The notes beneath the pieces are model-generated. The model saw only the letters and a list, made by a program, of their open reading frames with translations, was not told where the DNA came from and made no database searches. The position numbers and the translations under genes were made by a program. From the NCBI GenBank assembly GCA_027064425.1, contig JAMOPO010000003.1, positions 1 to 64,000 on the forward strand: a stretch of 64,000 nucleotides of DNA, read 5' to 3'. This document shows, in pieces, positions 1-8,700 of the stretch (positions are counted from its first letter, which is position 1; each line of letters opens with the position of its first letter). The DNA is from Methanobacteriota archaeon (lineage in GTDB: Archaea > JAADCQ01 > Methanopyri > Methanopyrales > Methanopyraceae).

Positions 1-112
1 TTCTCACCTTGAACGGTCCGGTGACTTCGCCCGCCACCGGGTACTCCTGCGCTACCGCGGCACCCAGGCTCGCCAGGAGGGCCGCGGTGAGGAGAAGCAG
101 CGCGCGCCTCAT
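1..112 (-). CDS. N-terminus of an exported protein (runs off the window)
   Basis: ATG at 112 reads MRRALLLLTAALLASLGAAVAQEYPVAGEVTGPFKVR, a signal peptide with an AVA cleavage site; open to the window edge. Confidence 0.65.
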   Translation of the reverse strand, partial: MRRALLLLTAALLASLGAAVAQEYPVAGEVTGPFKVR

Positions 113-172
113 CCCCGGAGCCCCCGGAACTCGCGCCGGGAAAGCACGGGAAATAACCGTTTCGAGACCGGG

Positions 173-1081
173 CTACCCTTCTTCCGAGCGCTGGACGCTC
201 GCACGCCGGCGCTCGGAGGCCCGCGGACACCGGGGGTCCGGCATCAGGTCCCCGGTCACGTTCCAGGCGTAGGCGTTGCAGCCGCCCTGACACTCCTCAA
301 AGCGTGGACAGCCCCGACACGGTCCCCTGGGTTCCAGGTCCCTGAGGCGCTCGAACTCGTCCAGGTCGTTCAAGGTGAAACCTTTCCAGTGCTGGCACGG
401 GGTGAGCCTGCCGTCGACCCGCACGTGCACGTTGTACTCCCCGTGGCGGCAGGAGGTGAACGGGACCTCCTCCTGGAAGGGCATTCCCGCGAGCAGGGCC
501 CGCCTCAACCCCGCCACCAGCCCGGGCAGCTCGCCGTGCGGGTACCCGTCCAGCGGGTCGTCGGGCCCGCGCGGGACGTAGGCGATGATGAAGTGGGCCG
601 TCGCGCCCCGCCCGATCACTTCCTCGTTAACGCGGTCCAGCTCCCCGAACGTGTCCCGGCAGGCGACGGTGTTCGCGTAGATTTCGTCAGGATCCAGCCT
701 CGCGACCCGGTCCCAGGTGCGCAGGGCGCCGCGCAGCCCGTACTCCCGATGCGGTTCGACCGCCACGTACACGTGATCCACGTCGGCCAGCGCGGGGTGA
801 ACCTCCGTGGCCACGTTCACGCCCACGCCCGCGTCGTAGCGGCGGCAGATGTCGACCACCTCCTCGAACCTGGGATGTAGGCAGGGCTCGCCTCCAGTCA
901 GGATGATGAATCCGAGGTCGTAGCGGTCGTCAAGCTCGCTCAGGATCCGCTCCAGAGCATCCGGGTCCAGGTCGCGGGCCCCGTAGCTCGCCTGGCGGAG
1001 GTTGCAGTGGGGGCACGAGTGCGGGCACCGGGTCGTCAGGTCGATGGTGACGTGGAACTCGCCCAACCCCGGAACCCCCAT
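173..1081 (-). CDS. Radical SAM/SPASM protein, possibly the activase for the adjacent class III RNR
   Basis: CPHSCPHC (CxxxCxxC), TGGEP, C-terminal CxxCxxxxxCxGGC SPASM cysteines; directly downstream of nrdD. Confidence 0.8.
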   Translation of the reverse strand: MGVPGLGEFHVTIDLTTRCPHSCPHCNLRQASYGARDLDPDALERILSELDDRYDLGFIILTGGEPCLHPRFEEVVDICRRYDAGVGVNVATEVHPALADVDHVYVAVEPHREYGLRGALRTWDRVARLDPDEIYANTVACRDTFGELDRVNEEVIGRGATAHFIIAYVPRGPDDPLDGYPHGELPGLVAGLRRALLAGMPFQEEVPFTSCRHGEYNVHVRVDGRLTPCQHWKGFTLNDLDEFERLRDLEPRGPCRGCPRFEECQGGCNAYAWNVTGDLMPDPRCPRASERRRASVQRSEEG

Positions 1082-1102
1082 CGTTACGATAACCTTAACG
1101 AT
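1080..1102. repeat. 23-bp palindromic element, copy 1
   Basis: ATCGTTA-CGATAACCT-TAACGAT; 18 nt past the nrdD stop and overlapping the radical SAM start codon. Confidence 0.85.
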
Positions 1103-1120
1103 CGCGGGGCGGGGTGGGGG

Positions 1121-2905
1121 CTAGAGCGAGTGCCGGTAGCGCTCCTTGTGCTCCTGCTTCTTGCCCTCCACGAAGGAGTCGACGGGTGCCAGGTACCCTG
1201 TTACCCGTGACCAAACGGTGGTGCGGGCGCCGCACTCCGGGCACTCCTTCACGACGCCATCGTAGGTACGCTGGCACCGGTCGCAGACGCTGTAGTCTCG
1301 CGTGAAGGCCATGAACCCGACGGTGTTCCTGCGCATGAGCCGCAGGCCGAACTTCATCAGAGTCTCCGGGAAGTCCACGCGCTCACCGAGCCAGATGTGC
1401 GTGATGTGGCCTCCGAGCGTAAGCGGATGGAACTCCGCCTCGAGCTCCACGCGGTCGACGACGCCGATCTCCTCGTCGTACGGGATGTGACACGAGTTGG
1501 TTAGGTACGGGCGCTCCTTGGTGCCCCGGACCACCGCCTCATCCCCGAACTTCTCCAGGTAGGCCCGGGCGAGCCGCTCGGCCGCCGACTCGGCCGGTGA
1601 CTGGACGACTGACCATCGTCGCCCGTCGAGCTCGTGGAACTCCTCGCGGACCTCGTTCAGGAACTCCAGGGTCCTGCGGGCCAGCCGGTAGGCCGACTGG
1701 TCCTCCCAGAAGCCCTCGCCGGTGAGCACCTCGACCGCCTCGGCGAGTCCCACGAATCCGATGCTCCATGTCGTGTGCTCGTACCGGAAGTAGGCCTCGT
1801 CCTCCCCGTCCGGTCGCCAGTTCTGGCACCCATCGTAGAGGCCCGCTTCAAGACACCTCTTCACACACCTCCAGCGGGCCAGCAGGGCCTTCCGGGCGAG
1901 GATGCAGTACTCTCGAACCTTCTCGAAGAACTCGTCCTCATCCCCGGCCTCGTGGGCGATCAGCGGCAGGTTCAGCGTCACGTACTCGAAGTTGCCCGTC
2001 CGGATCGTGTCGACGTCCCACTCGCCCGTCCAGTTCGTGGCGAGGCAGGTCCGACAGCCCATGTAGTTCACGTTCTCGCCGACCAGCTTGCGCCACTTGC
2101 TGTTGAGCAGGTTGGCGAAGTACACGGCCCCGTTCTCGGCCGCGACGCGGAAAGCCAGCTCCAGCGTCTCCTCGTCGTAGCCGGGTCGCACCTTGACGAT
2201 CAGCTGCGGGAACTTGAGCGGTGCGCCGGCGGCGTCGCCCTCCAGCTGCACCTCCAGCAGGGCGCGGGCGAACATGATGGCCTCTTCCTCGAAGTCCCCG
2301 TAGGTTCCTACCACCTCACCGCGCGGCCCGATCGCGGGCTCGTCCTCCAGGAAGTCCGGGCAGGTGAGCTCCAGGTTCACGTTGGTGAACGCGGGCTGAC
2401 CGCCCCGGGCCACGAGGTCCTGCGTGGCCTCGAACATCATGATCTGGGCCAGCTGCTTGACCTCCTCGTAGCTGAGCCCCTCCTCCGCGATGTAAGGGGC
2501 GACGAGGAAGTTCACGAAGTCCTGGCCCTGACCGCCGGCGAAGAAGTTCTGGGACGTCATGAGCCACTTAAGGATGTGAAGGACGGCGACCTCCGCGTGC
2601 TTCGCCGGCTTGCTCACGCAGGTGAGCCGACCGATGGGACTGCGGGCGTACAGCCCGTACTTCAGCACCCACCGGCAGTCGTGCTGGCAGCAGTTCGAGC
2701 GCGTCAGGGCGTAGTCCATGTCGTGGATGTGGATGTAGCCCTCCCGGTGCGCCCGGGCCACCTCCGGCTCCAGCACGTCGTTCAGAAACCGCTCCTTCTG
2801 CACCTCGTCCTGGAGCAGCTTCGAGACCACCTCAGGGGTGGGGAGCATGTTCGCGTTCCGGGCCGCCCGAATCGGCTCCTCCAGCACCTTTCCCGGCAGC
2901 TCCAC
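1121..2905 (-). CDS. nrdD: Anaerobic (class III) ribonucleoside-triphosphate reductase, no ATP cone
   Basis: YIHIHD, SNCC, ARGGQ, MGCRT, SPAES, CxxC...CxxC Zn site, and the RVTGY glycyl-radical motif. Confidence 0.95.
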   Translation of the reverse strand: MELPGKVLEEPIRAARNANMLPTPEVVSKLLQDEVQKERFLNDVLEPEVARAHREGYIHIHDMDYALTRSNCCQHDCRWVLKYGLYARSPIGRLTCVSKPAKHAEVAVLHILKWLMTSQNFFAGGQGQDFVNFLVAPYIAEEGLSYEEVKQLAQIMMFEATQDLVARGGQPAFTNVNLELTCPDFLEDEPAIGPRGEVVGTYGDFEEEAIMFARALLEVQLEGDAAGAPLKFPQLIVKVRPGYDEETLELAFRVAAENGAVYFANLLNSKWRKLVGENVNYMGCRTCLATNWTGEWDVDTIRTGNFEYVTLNLPLIAHEAGDEDEFFEKVREYCILARKALLARWRCVKRCLEAGLYDGCQNWRPDGEDEAYFRYEHTTWSIGFVGLAEAVEVLTGEGFWEDQSAYRLARRTLEFLNEVREEFHELDGRRWSVVQSPAESAAERLARAYLEKFGDEAVVRGTKERPYLTNSCHIPYDEEIGVVDRVELEAEFHPLTLGGHITHIWLGERVDFPETLMKFGLRLMRRNTVGFMAFTRDYSVCDRCQRTYDGVVKECPECGARTTVWSRVTGYLAPVDSFVEGKKQEHKERYRHSL

Positions 2906-3053
2906 CTCCTGATACCCTACCCCGGAGCGGAGGGCGCTGAGTTAAGCCCCCTTCGCCCGCGCCTTCTTCCGACCCCGGCGCTGATCACGGGCACGTCGGT
3001 CACAGTACGTCGGGGGGACGGGAGCGATTTCGTTTGCTAAAGGCTGGCGATAG

Positions 3054-4688
3054 CTAAGGTTCTCCCAAAACATCGCGAACCCATTCCAGCGCCTCAAACT
3101 GCAACTCTGGCCCCTCGTGCGCGAGCTTCAAGAGACTCACCGCCGTGCTCGCCCCCTTCTCCTCGTACAGCCGGCGGAACAGCTTCAGCGCGTGCCGCTC
3201 CGAGGCCAGCGCCGTCCTCACGTACTCCCGCTCGAACTCCTCCGACTCCACGATCTCCGGCCGCTCCACCAGCTCCTCCACCACGTCCTCACCGATGTTA
3301 CCCAGCGAGGTGACCCACCACGGCAGCAGCACCGAGTCCTCCCAACCCACCGTCACCTCCTCCCCGTCCCACCGGATTCGGATCCCCTCCAGCGGCTCCG
3401 ACGAGCCCAGTGACACGCCCACGGAGAGCGCCTCCATCGCCTCCTTCACCGGGCGCTCCCCGATCCGGTCCACCATCTCACCCAGCGCGTCCAGCACGGC
3501 CATCGGATCGTACGCCTCCGCCGGCGGGTTCAGCGACATCGAGAACCCTAGCGCCAGGCCCGCGAAGCAGGCCGCGTCGAAGGCCTCGTCCGGATCACCC
3601 TCCACCACGACCTCCCATGGCGTCGGCACCTCCACGTCCACGTCGACCTCCTCCAGGATCACCTCAGGGAGCATCCCCAGGTCGACCCTGCGCACGAACC
3701 AGGCCAGCCTCGAGAGCGACATCGGCGCACTCCTCAGCGGCCGGAACCGCCGACCGCGCCACCAGCCCCACCACCGGTACAGTCCCGCCCACGCGGTCCC
3801 CTCCTCCGCGGACGGTGGCTCGCCCACCTCCTCGCCGAGCCTCACCTGCTTCACCCGATCCACGAGCGGGTCCAGGTCCTCCCGGGTCCGGATCGGGCCA
3901 CGGACGGCCACCCACACGTCCCAGTCCTCCGCCTCCCCCAGCACGTCCCCGGGGTCCACCGGCGCGTAGCCGTCCTCCCCCTTCACGACCAGACCCAGGA
4001 AGCATCGGTCCGCCTGGTGCACGACCATCTCCGGATGGTCCACGAACTCGGCCGCCACCGGCTCGACCTCACCCACCGCCTCGACGATCCACAGCTCCAG
4101 CTCGGGCACCCGAATCCCCGGAGCCTTCCGACCCAGCGCCAGCCGCTCCAGCACCTCCAGCCGGTCCCGCTGGTACCGGGGCAGCTCGTCCGACGTGGGT
4201 GCGTCCAGCACGGGCGACAGCTCGTTCAGGCACTGCCACGGGTCGCCCCGGTAGCCCATCACCTGCAACAGCGGCGCGCACGCGAGCGCGGCCGCCGCGT
4301 GCAAGAGGTCCTCCGACTCACCCTCCCCCTCCACCAGCGCCGCGACCAGCGCCAGGAACACCCGACCGTGGGTGGCGAACCCCACGTCGCAGTACTCCAT
4401 CTCCGGGAAGGGCCGACCGCTCCGGTACACGAAGGGGCGCGCGGGCACGACCAGGTCCAGGCTGGACGTCTGAAGGCTCTCCAGCAGCTTACCCGGGCCC
4501 TGATACCGCTCCGCCAGCAGCTCGCTGACGTCGCCCACGGGGTCCTCGCACCGCGCCCGGTACTCTAGGTACACCGGCTCCCGCCGGAACGTGACCCTGA
4601 ACGCGTGCCTCCCGGGCCGGATACGCCGCTTCCTCGGGCTGCCCGTGAAAACGTCTTTTAGCTCGAAGCCGACCTCCACCACGGTCAC
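3054..4688 (-). CDS. Hypothetical protein with faint Cas10-like motifs
   Basis: 544-aa ORF with typical acidic E/V-rich composition and a G-rich RBS; no firm family motif. Confidence 0.7.
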   Translation of the reverse strand: MTVVEVGFELKDVFTGSPRKRRIRPGRHAFRVTFRREPVYLEYRARCEDPVGDVSELLAERYQGPGKLLESLQTSSLDLVVPARPFVYRSGRPFPEMEYCDVGFATHGRVFLALVAALVEGEGESEDLLHAAAALACAPLLQVMGYRGDPWQCLNELSPVLDAPTSDELPRYQRDRLEVLERLALGRKAPGIRVPELELWIVEAVGEVEPVAAEFVDHPEMVVHQADRCFLGLVVKGEDGYAPVDPGDVLGEAEDWDVWVAVRGPIRTREDLDPLVDRVKQVRLGEEVGEPPSAEEGTAWAGLYRWWGWWRGRRFRPLRSAPMSLSRLAWFVRRVDLGMLPEVILEEVDVDVEVPTPWEVVVEGDPDEAFDAACFAGLALGFSMSLNPPAEAYDPMAVLDALGEMVDRIGERPVKEAMEALSVGVSLGSSEPLEGIRIRWDGEEVTVGWEDSVLLPWWVTSLGNIGEDVVEELVERPEIVESEEFEREYVRTALASERHALKLFRRLYEEKGASTAVSLLKLAHEGPELQFEALEWVRDVLGEP

Positions 4689-4689
4689 C

Positions 4690-4752
4690 CCCCAATGATG
4701 ACTGCGCTACAGGCCGACAGCGAATGGGGAGGGGTCGCTTCGCTGAGGTGGG
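4690..4752 (+). ncRNA. C/D box guide sRNA candidate
   Basis: C ATGATGA 4695-4701, 12-nt guide, D' CCGA 4714-4717, C' ATGGGGA 4724-4730, 12-nt guide, D CTGA 4743-4746, CCCC/GGGG flanks. Confidence 0.8.
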
Positions 4753-4760
4753 GTCCGGGG

Positions 4761-5180
4761 TTGAACGAGCGCGCCCGAAAGATCGTGCGCGTGAAGGCAC
4801 GGGGAGAGGTCGTTCGCACCCTCTCCGAGGTGGTGGAGGAGGGCCTCGAGATCAGCATCTTAAGCGCCTCGGTGACCCCCGACTCCATCACCGCGGAGCT
4901 GGCCGTCCAGGCGCCCAGCGAGGAGCACGTTCGCGAGTTCTTGCGCACGCTGCGCCGGTTCGGCCTCGAGGTCAAGGAGCTGGAGAAAACCCTGGTCCAC
5001 GATGAAGAAACGTGCGTGCACTGCACGGCCTGCCACTCCGTCTGCCCCACCGGCGCCGTCGTCGTGGAGGACCACGAGGTGTCCCTCGACGAGAGCGAGT
5101 GCATCATGTGCGGCTCCTGCGCGGAGATCTGTCCCACGGGTGCCATCAAGGTGGCCTCCAGGAAGGAGGGTGAAGAATGA
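4761..5180 (+). CDS. NIL-domain 2x[4Fe-4S] ferredoxin (MA1822-like architecture)
   Basis: ISILSA NIL-like N-terminus plus CVHCTACHSVCP and CIMCGSCAEICP; TTG 4761 chosen because the upstream ATG is the sRNA C box. Confidence 0.85.
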   Translation: MNERARKIVRVKARGEVVRTLSEVVEEGLEISILSASVTPDSITAELAVQAPSEEHVREFLRTLRRFGLEVKELEKTLVHDEETCVHCTACHSVCPTGAVVVEDHEVSLDESECIMCGSCAEICPTGAIKVASRKEGEE

Positions 5181-6193
5181 GGTTTTGGGTCGCCCACCCC
5201 GGCCACACCTCCGGCCTGAAGACGCTGCTCTCCGAGATCGAGGACCTGAGCCGCGTGGAGGCCGTGTACGCCGGCGGCTCGCCCGAACGAATCGGCACGG
5301 GCCGCCCCAACCTGCACTACCCGACGATCGAGGAGGTGCGCGAGCAGGTCGAGCTCGCTCACTCGCACGACGTCCTGTACGACGTGGTCGTGAACTCAAC
5401 CTGCCCGCTCCGGGGCGAGCCCACCCGCCGCGTCGTGGAGCGCTACGACGAGTACCTTCGGAAGCTAGAGCGCGCCGGAGTGGACGGGATCGTCGCGGCC
5501 GACCCCCTCGTCCTGGAGCTGGCCGCCGAGTACTTCGACCGGGTGACCGTCTCCTGCCTCGCCTTCGTTAACGATCCAGAGAAGGCGGAGTTCTACGAGG
5601 ACGTCGCCACCGCGATCACCCTCGACACGTCGCACAACCGGCGCTTTGAGACCCTCCGCGCGCTCTCCCGGCTGAGGCTGGAGCTCAAGGTGATAGTCAA
5701 CGAAGGGTGCCTGCTGGACTGCCCCTACCGCCCCTTCCACTTCAACATGTTCTCCCACCTGTACGGGCCCGACGACGTCTCCATTTACGACGATTACTAC
5801 TACCGCCGGTGCATCGCGGACCGCATCCGCCGGCCCGAGCTGATCATCAAGTCACCGTGGATCCGGCCCGAGGACCTCGAGCACTACGAGCCCTACGTGG
5901 ACGCGTTCAAGGTCTCGGGCCGGTCTCACCAGGTCCGGTGGATCGCCAAGGTCGTCAACGCGTACCTGGAGGGCCGATGGGACGGCAACCTGCTCGACAT
6001 CTTGGACTGTCCGCGCGAGCTCCGGGACTACTTTTACCTGGACAATCGGGCCCTGGACGGCGCCATCGAGCGCTGGAAGGAGTGCGACCACCGCTGCCAC
6101 GAGTGCGGGTTCTGCCGGGAGCTGGCGGAGCGAGCCCTGCGCGTGAAGGAGTTCCGGGCGACCGAGACCGCGGTCGCGGGTGAGCGGGCTTGA
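5177..6193 (+). CDS. Peptidase U32 family protein (Fe-S hydroxylase-type)
   Basis: GVDGIVAADP, VNEGCLLDCPYR, FKVSGR and conserved Cys residues. Confidence 0.85.
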   Translation: MRFWVAHPGHTSGLKTLLSEIEDLSRVEAVYAGGSPERIGTGRPNLHYPTIEEVREQVELAHSHDVLYDVVVNSTCPLRGEPTRRVVERYDEYLRKLERAGVDGIVAADPLVLELAAEYFDRVTVSCLAFVNDPEKAEFYEDVATAITLDTSHNRRFETLRALSRLRLELKVIVNEGCLLDCPYRPFHFNMFSHLYGPDDVSIYDDYYYRRCIADRIRRPELIIKSPWIRPEDLEHYEPYVDAFKVSGRSHQVRWIAKVVNAYLEGRWDGNLLDILDCPRELRDYFYLDNRALDGAIERWKECDHRCHECGFCRELAERALRVKEFRATETAVAGERA

Positions 6194-6531
6194 TCGATCG
6201 GTGCGCGGAGTACCTGCGCCGCCTGGAGGAGCGGCTCGAGGACGGCATGGTCATGGAGGTCGACGCGTTCGTGGCCCGGTGCGGCTGCGTTGGGGTTGTC
6301 TTCATGCTCCGTGGGGTCCGCATGGACGACGTCACCGACGGGGCCGTCTCCATCGTCCGGCGCGCGGCCCGGGAGGTCGGGGCTGACCCCGACATCGTGT
6401 ACGCCCGGGTGGTCCCGGGCACGGATCTCGTCATCGACCTGGGCGCGAGGACGCTCTGCGAGACCTGTGAGCGCGAATTCTCCGGCGAGGAGCCCCGGCC
6501 GGACCTCCGGATACTCCGGGGCGGCAAGTGA
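6190..6531 (+). CDS. Small Cys-containing hypothetical protein
   Basis: CGC and CETC motifs; translationally coupled to both neighbours. Confidence 0.75.
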   Translation: MIDRCAEYLRRLEERLEDGMVMEVDAFVARCGCVGVVFMLRGVRMDDVTDGAVSIVRRAAREVGADPDIVYARVVPGTDLVIDLGARTLCETCEREFSGEEPRPDLRILRGGK

Positions 6532-7226
6532 TGCGGTGGTACCTCTGCTCCTCTGAACATCAGCTGGAGCACCTACCCGAGGACGCCGACGGGGTGGTCG
6601 TGCCCTACCCGGAGCTCGGGATCTCGACGCTGCTGCCCCGCTGCCCGTCCGAGGCCGAGGCCGAGCGGATGATCCGGGAGGCCTCCGACCGGGGCCTCGA
6701 GGTCCAGGCGCTCGCCGACTTCACGTGCGCGGGCTGCGACCACCTCTCGACCTCGGAGCACGGGACCTTCCGATCCCTTCTCGACTACCTGATCCACGAC
6801 CTGGAGGTGGACGGGATCGTGGTGGCGGACCCGTACGCGGTGGAGCTGGCGTCCGAGCACGACGTGACCGTGGTCGTCTCGCACACCGCCGCCGTGGACA
6901 CGCCGGAGAAGGCCTGGCACTTCGAGCGGCTCGGGGCCGACGTGATCACGCTGGACCCGGCGCTGAACGAGGACGAGAAGGCCGTCAAGCTCGTGCGAGA
7001 GCGCGTCTCAGCCCGACTACGCGCGGCCGTCAACGCGGTGACCTGGCGCGACCCGGCCGCGTACTTCGAGCGGAACCTGCAGTCGCACGCCACCCGGCGG
7101 GGAGAGGCCCTATCCCCCTACCGAAACAACCCGTACGAGCCGCTTCGCGAGCGGAAGGTGGTTGAGGAGGTGCGGGAAGAGCTCTTCGACGAGGTGCTCG
7201 TCATCCTCGGCGGAGAGCCTCCGTGA
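6528..7226 (+). CDS. Second, shortened U32-family paralogue
   Basis: VDGIVVADP, VSHTAAVDTPEKA and ITLDPALN align with 5177-6193; lacks the NEGC...C cysteines. Confidence 0.75.
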   Translation: MMRWYLCSSEHQLEHLPEDADGVVVPYPELGISTLLPRCPSEAEAERMIREASDRGLEVQALADFTCAGCDHLSTSEHGTFRSLLDYLIHDLEVDGIVVADPYAVELASEHDVTVVVSHTAAVDTPEKAWHFERLGADVITLDPALNEDEKAVKLVRERVSARLRAAVNAVTWRDPAAYFERNLQSHATRRGEALSPYRNNPYEPLRERKVVEEVREELFDEVLVILGGEPP

Positions 7227-8700
7227 TGTCCGTCCGGGTGACGATCCCCACCACCCGGTTCTCCTCGTCCACGACGGGCAGGCAGGAGATGTTGTGCTTG
7301 TTCATACGCTCCAGCGCCTCGTTCACGGTCTCGTGCGGCCGGATCGTGACCACGTCCTTGGTCATGATCTCCTCCAGCTTCTTCTTGCCCTCCGCCACCG
7401 CGGCCGCGATGTCCCAGGAGGTGACGATGCCGACGAGCTTACCCTCCTCGTCCACCACGGGGATGTGGTTGATCTCCTCCTCGATGAGCGTCTTCGCAAC
7501 CTCCTCGATGCTCTCGTCCGGGTGAGCCGTGATCACGTCCTCCGTCATGATCTCCCGGATCTGCGGTAGGTGCGGGGGCCGACTCGGCATCGGCTTGAGC
7601 TCCCGGTCCCGGGGCAGCCGCTCAACCGGCTCCGTGAGCAAGAACTCGCCCTCCTCGATCTCCTCCCGGAGCCGCTCCGCGATCTCCCGAGCCATCTTGT
7701 AGCTCGAGAGAGCGCCCGTCCGCACCTTCCTGCCCTTGATCTCCACCTTACCCGACCGCAGCTCCGCGTAGGTGACCTTGGCCACCACCGGCCGGTCCCG
7801 GGACTGGACGCCGTAGTCCACCACCGGCACCTCGATATCCTCGTCGCTGACCGCCGTTGACTCGGCCACCTTCTCGTCGAGCACCGGGATGGGGACGCCG
7901 ATCCCCACCGCCAGGCTCACGCCGTAGTTCTTCAGGACGACCGGACGCAGGAACTCCGGGTCCGCCTCCTTGAGGTCCCCCTTCACCATCAGGGTGGCCA
8001 TGCCGCTCCTGGGATCGTGCTGCGTGCCCTCCCCGATGATGTACCCGTGCGCTCCCGCCAGCCAGATCCGCGTTCCCACCCCGATCGTGCGGAACTCGGG
8101 GTCGTTGGCGAGCGGGTTCAGCTGGCCCGCGCCGCAGTACGTCACGTTGCCGTACTCTGGGAGGAGCGTGCCCATGTACGTGTACAGGGTCTCCTCGGAC
8201 GAGTTCGTGGCCGCGACGTACCGCTGGTAGCAGTTCCGCGGGTTCACCAGGATCGCCTGGTTCAGGTCCTCGATCGTGATAAGCGTCTCCACGGACTCCC
8301 GCGGGTAGCAGTCCGTCACGGCGCCCTCGGCCCGGAGAACTACCTCCTCGCCGGCCGCCAGCTCGTGGATCACGTGGGCTCCTCCGTACTCGATCCCGCG
8401 GTCCTCGCTCGGCTGGGTCGCGCCCAGGTACGCGTCGACCGCCGCCAGACCCGCGTACGCCTCCACCTCGTTCAACCACACGCGCTGCATCTTGATGGGC
8501 GGGTCCGAGTGCCCGAAGTTCAGGAACACGCCGGAGCTGCACATCGGCCCGAACGTGGCGCACGTGACCACGTCCACCTCCTTGGCCGCCCGCTCCGGCC
8601 CGACGTCCTCCACGATCTCCACCATCTCCTCCGCGGTGACCACGCACGCCTCACCGCGCTTGATCTTCTCGTTGATCTCCCGCACGCTCTTCCGCCGCAA
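7201..8700 (-). CDS. L-aspartate semialdehyde sulfurtransferase (DUF39 + CBS pair; homocysteine biosynthesis)
   Basis: VDVVTCATFGPMCSSG, NPRNCYQ, GEGTQH and two C-terminal CBS domains (MA1821/MJ0100 architecture). Confidence 0.9.
   Translation of the reverse strand: MRRKSVREINEKIKRGEACVVTAEEMVEIVEDVGPERAAKEVDVVTCATFGPMCSSGVFLNFGHSDPPIKMQRVWLNEVEAYAGLAAVDAYLGATQPSEDRGIEYGGAHVIHELAAGEEVVLRAEGAVTDCYPRESVETLITIEDLNQAILVNPRNCYQRYVAATNSSEETLYTYMGTLLPEYGNVTYCGAGQLNPLANDPEFRTIGVGTRIWLAGAHGYIIGEGTQHDPRSGMATLMVKGDLKEADPEFLRPVVLKNYGVSLAVGIGVPIPVLDEKVAESTAVSDEDIEVPVVDYGVQSRDRPVVAKVTYAELRSGKVEIKGRKVRTGALSSYKMAREIAERLREEIEEGEFLLTEPVERLPRDRELKPMPSRPPHLPQIREIMTEDVITAHPDESIEEVAKTLIEEEINHIPVVDEEGKLVGIVTSWDIAAAVAEGKKKLEEIMTKDVVTIRPHETVNEALERMNKHNISCLPVVDEENRVVGIVTRTDITEALRRG

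Noticed and set aside
2908-3000. C/D sRNA in the nrdD leader (CTGA/CCGA boxes present)
   Set aside because: No acceptable C box at the correct spacing on either strand
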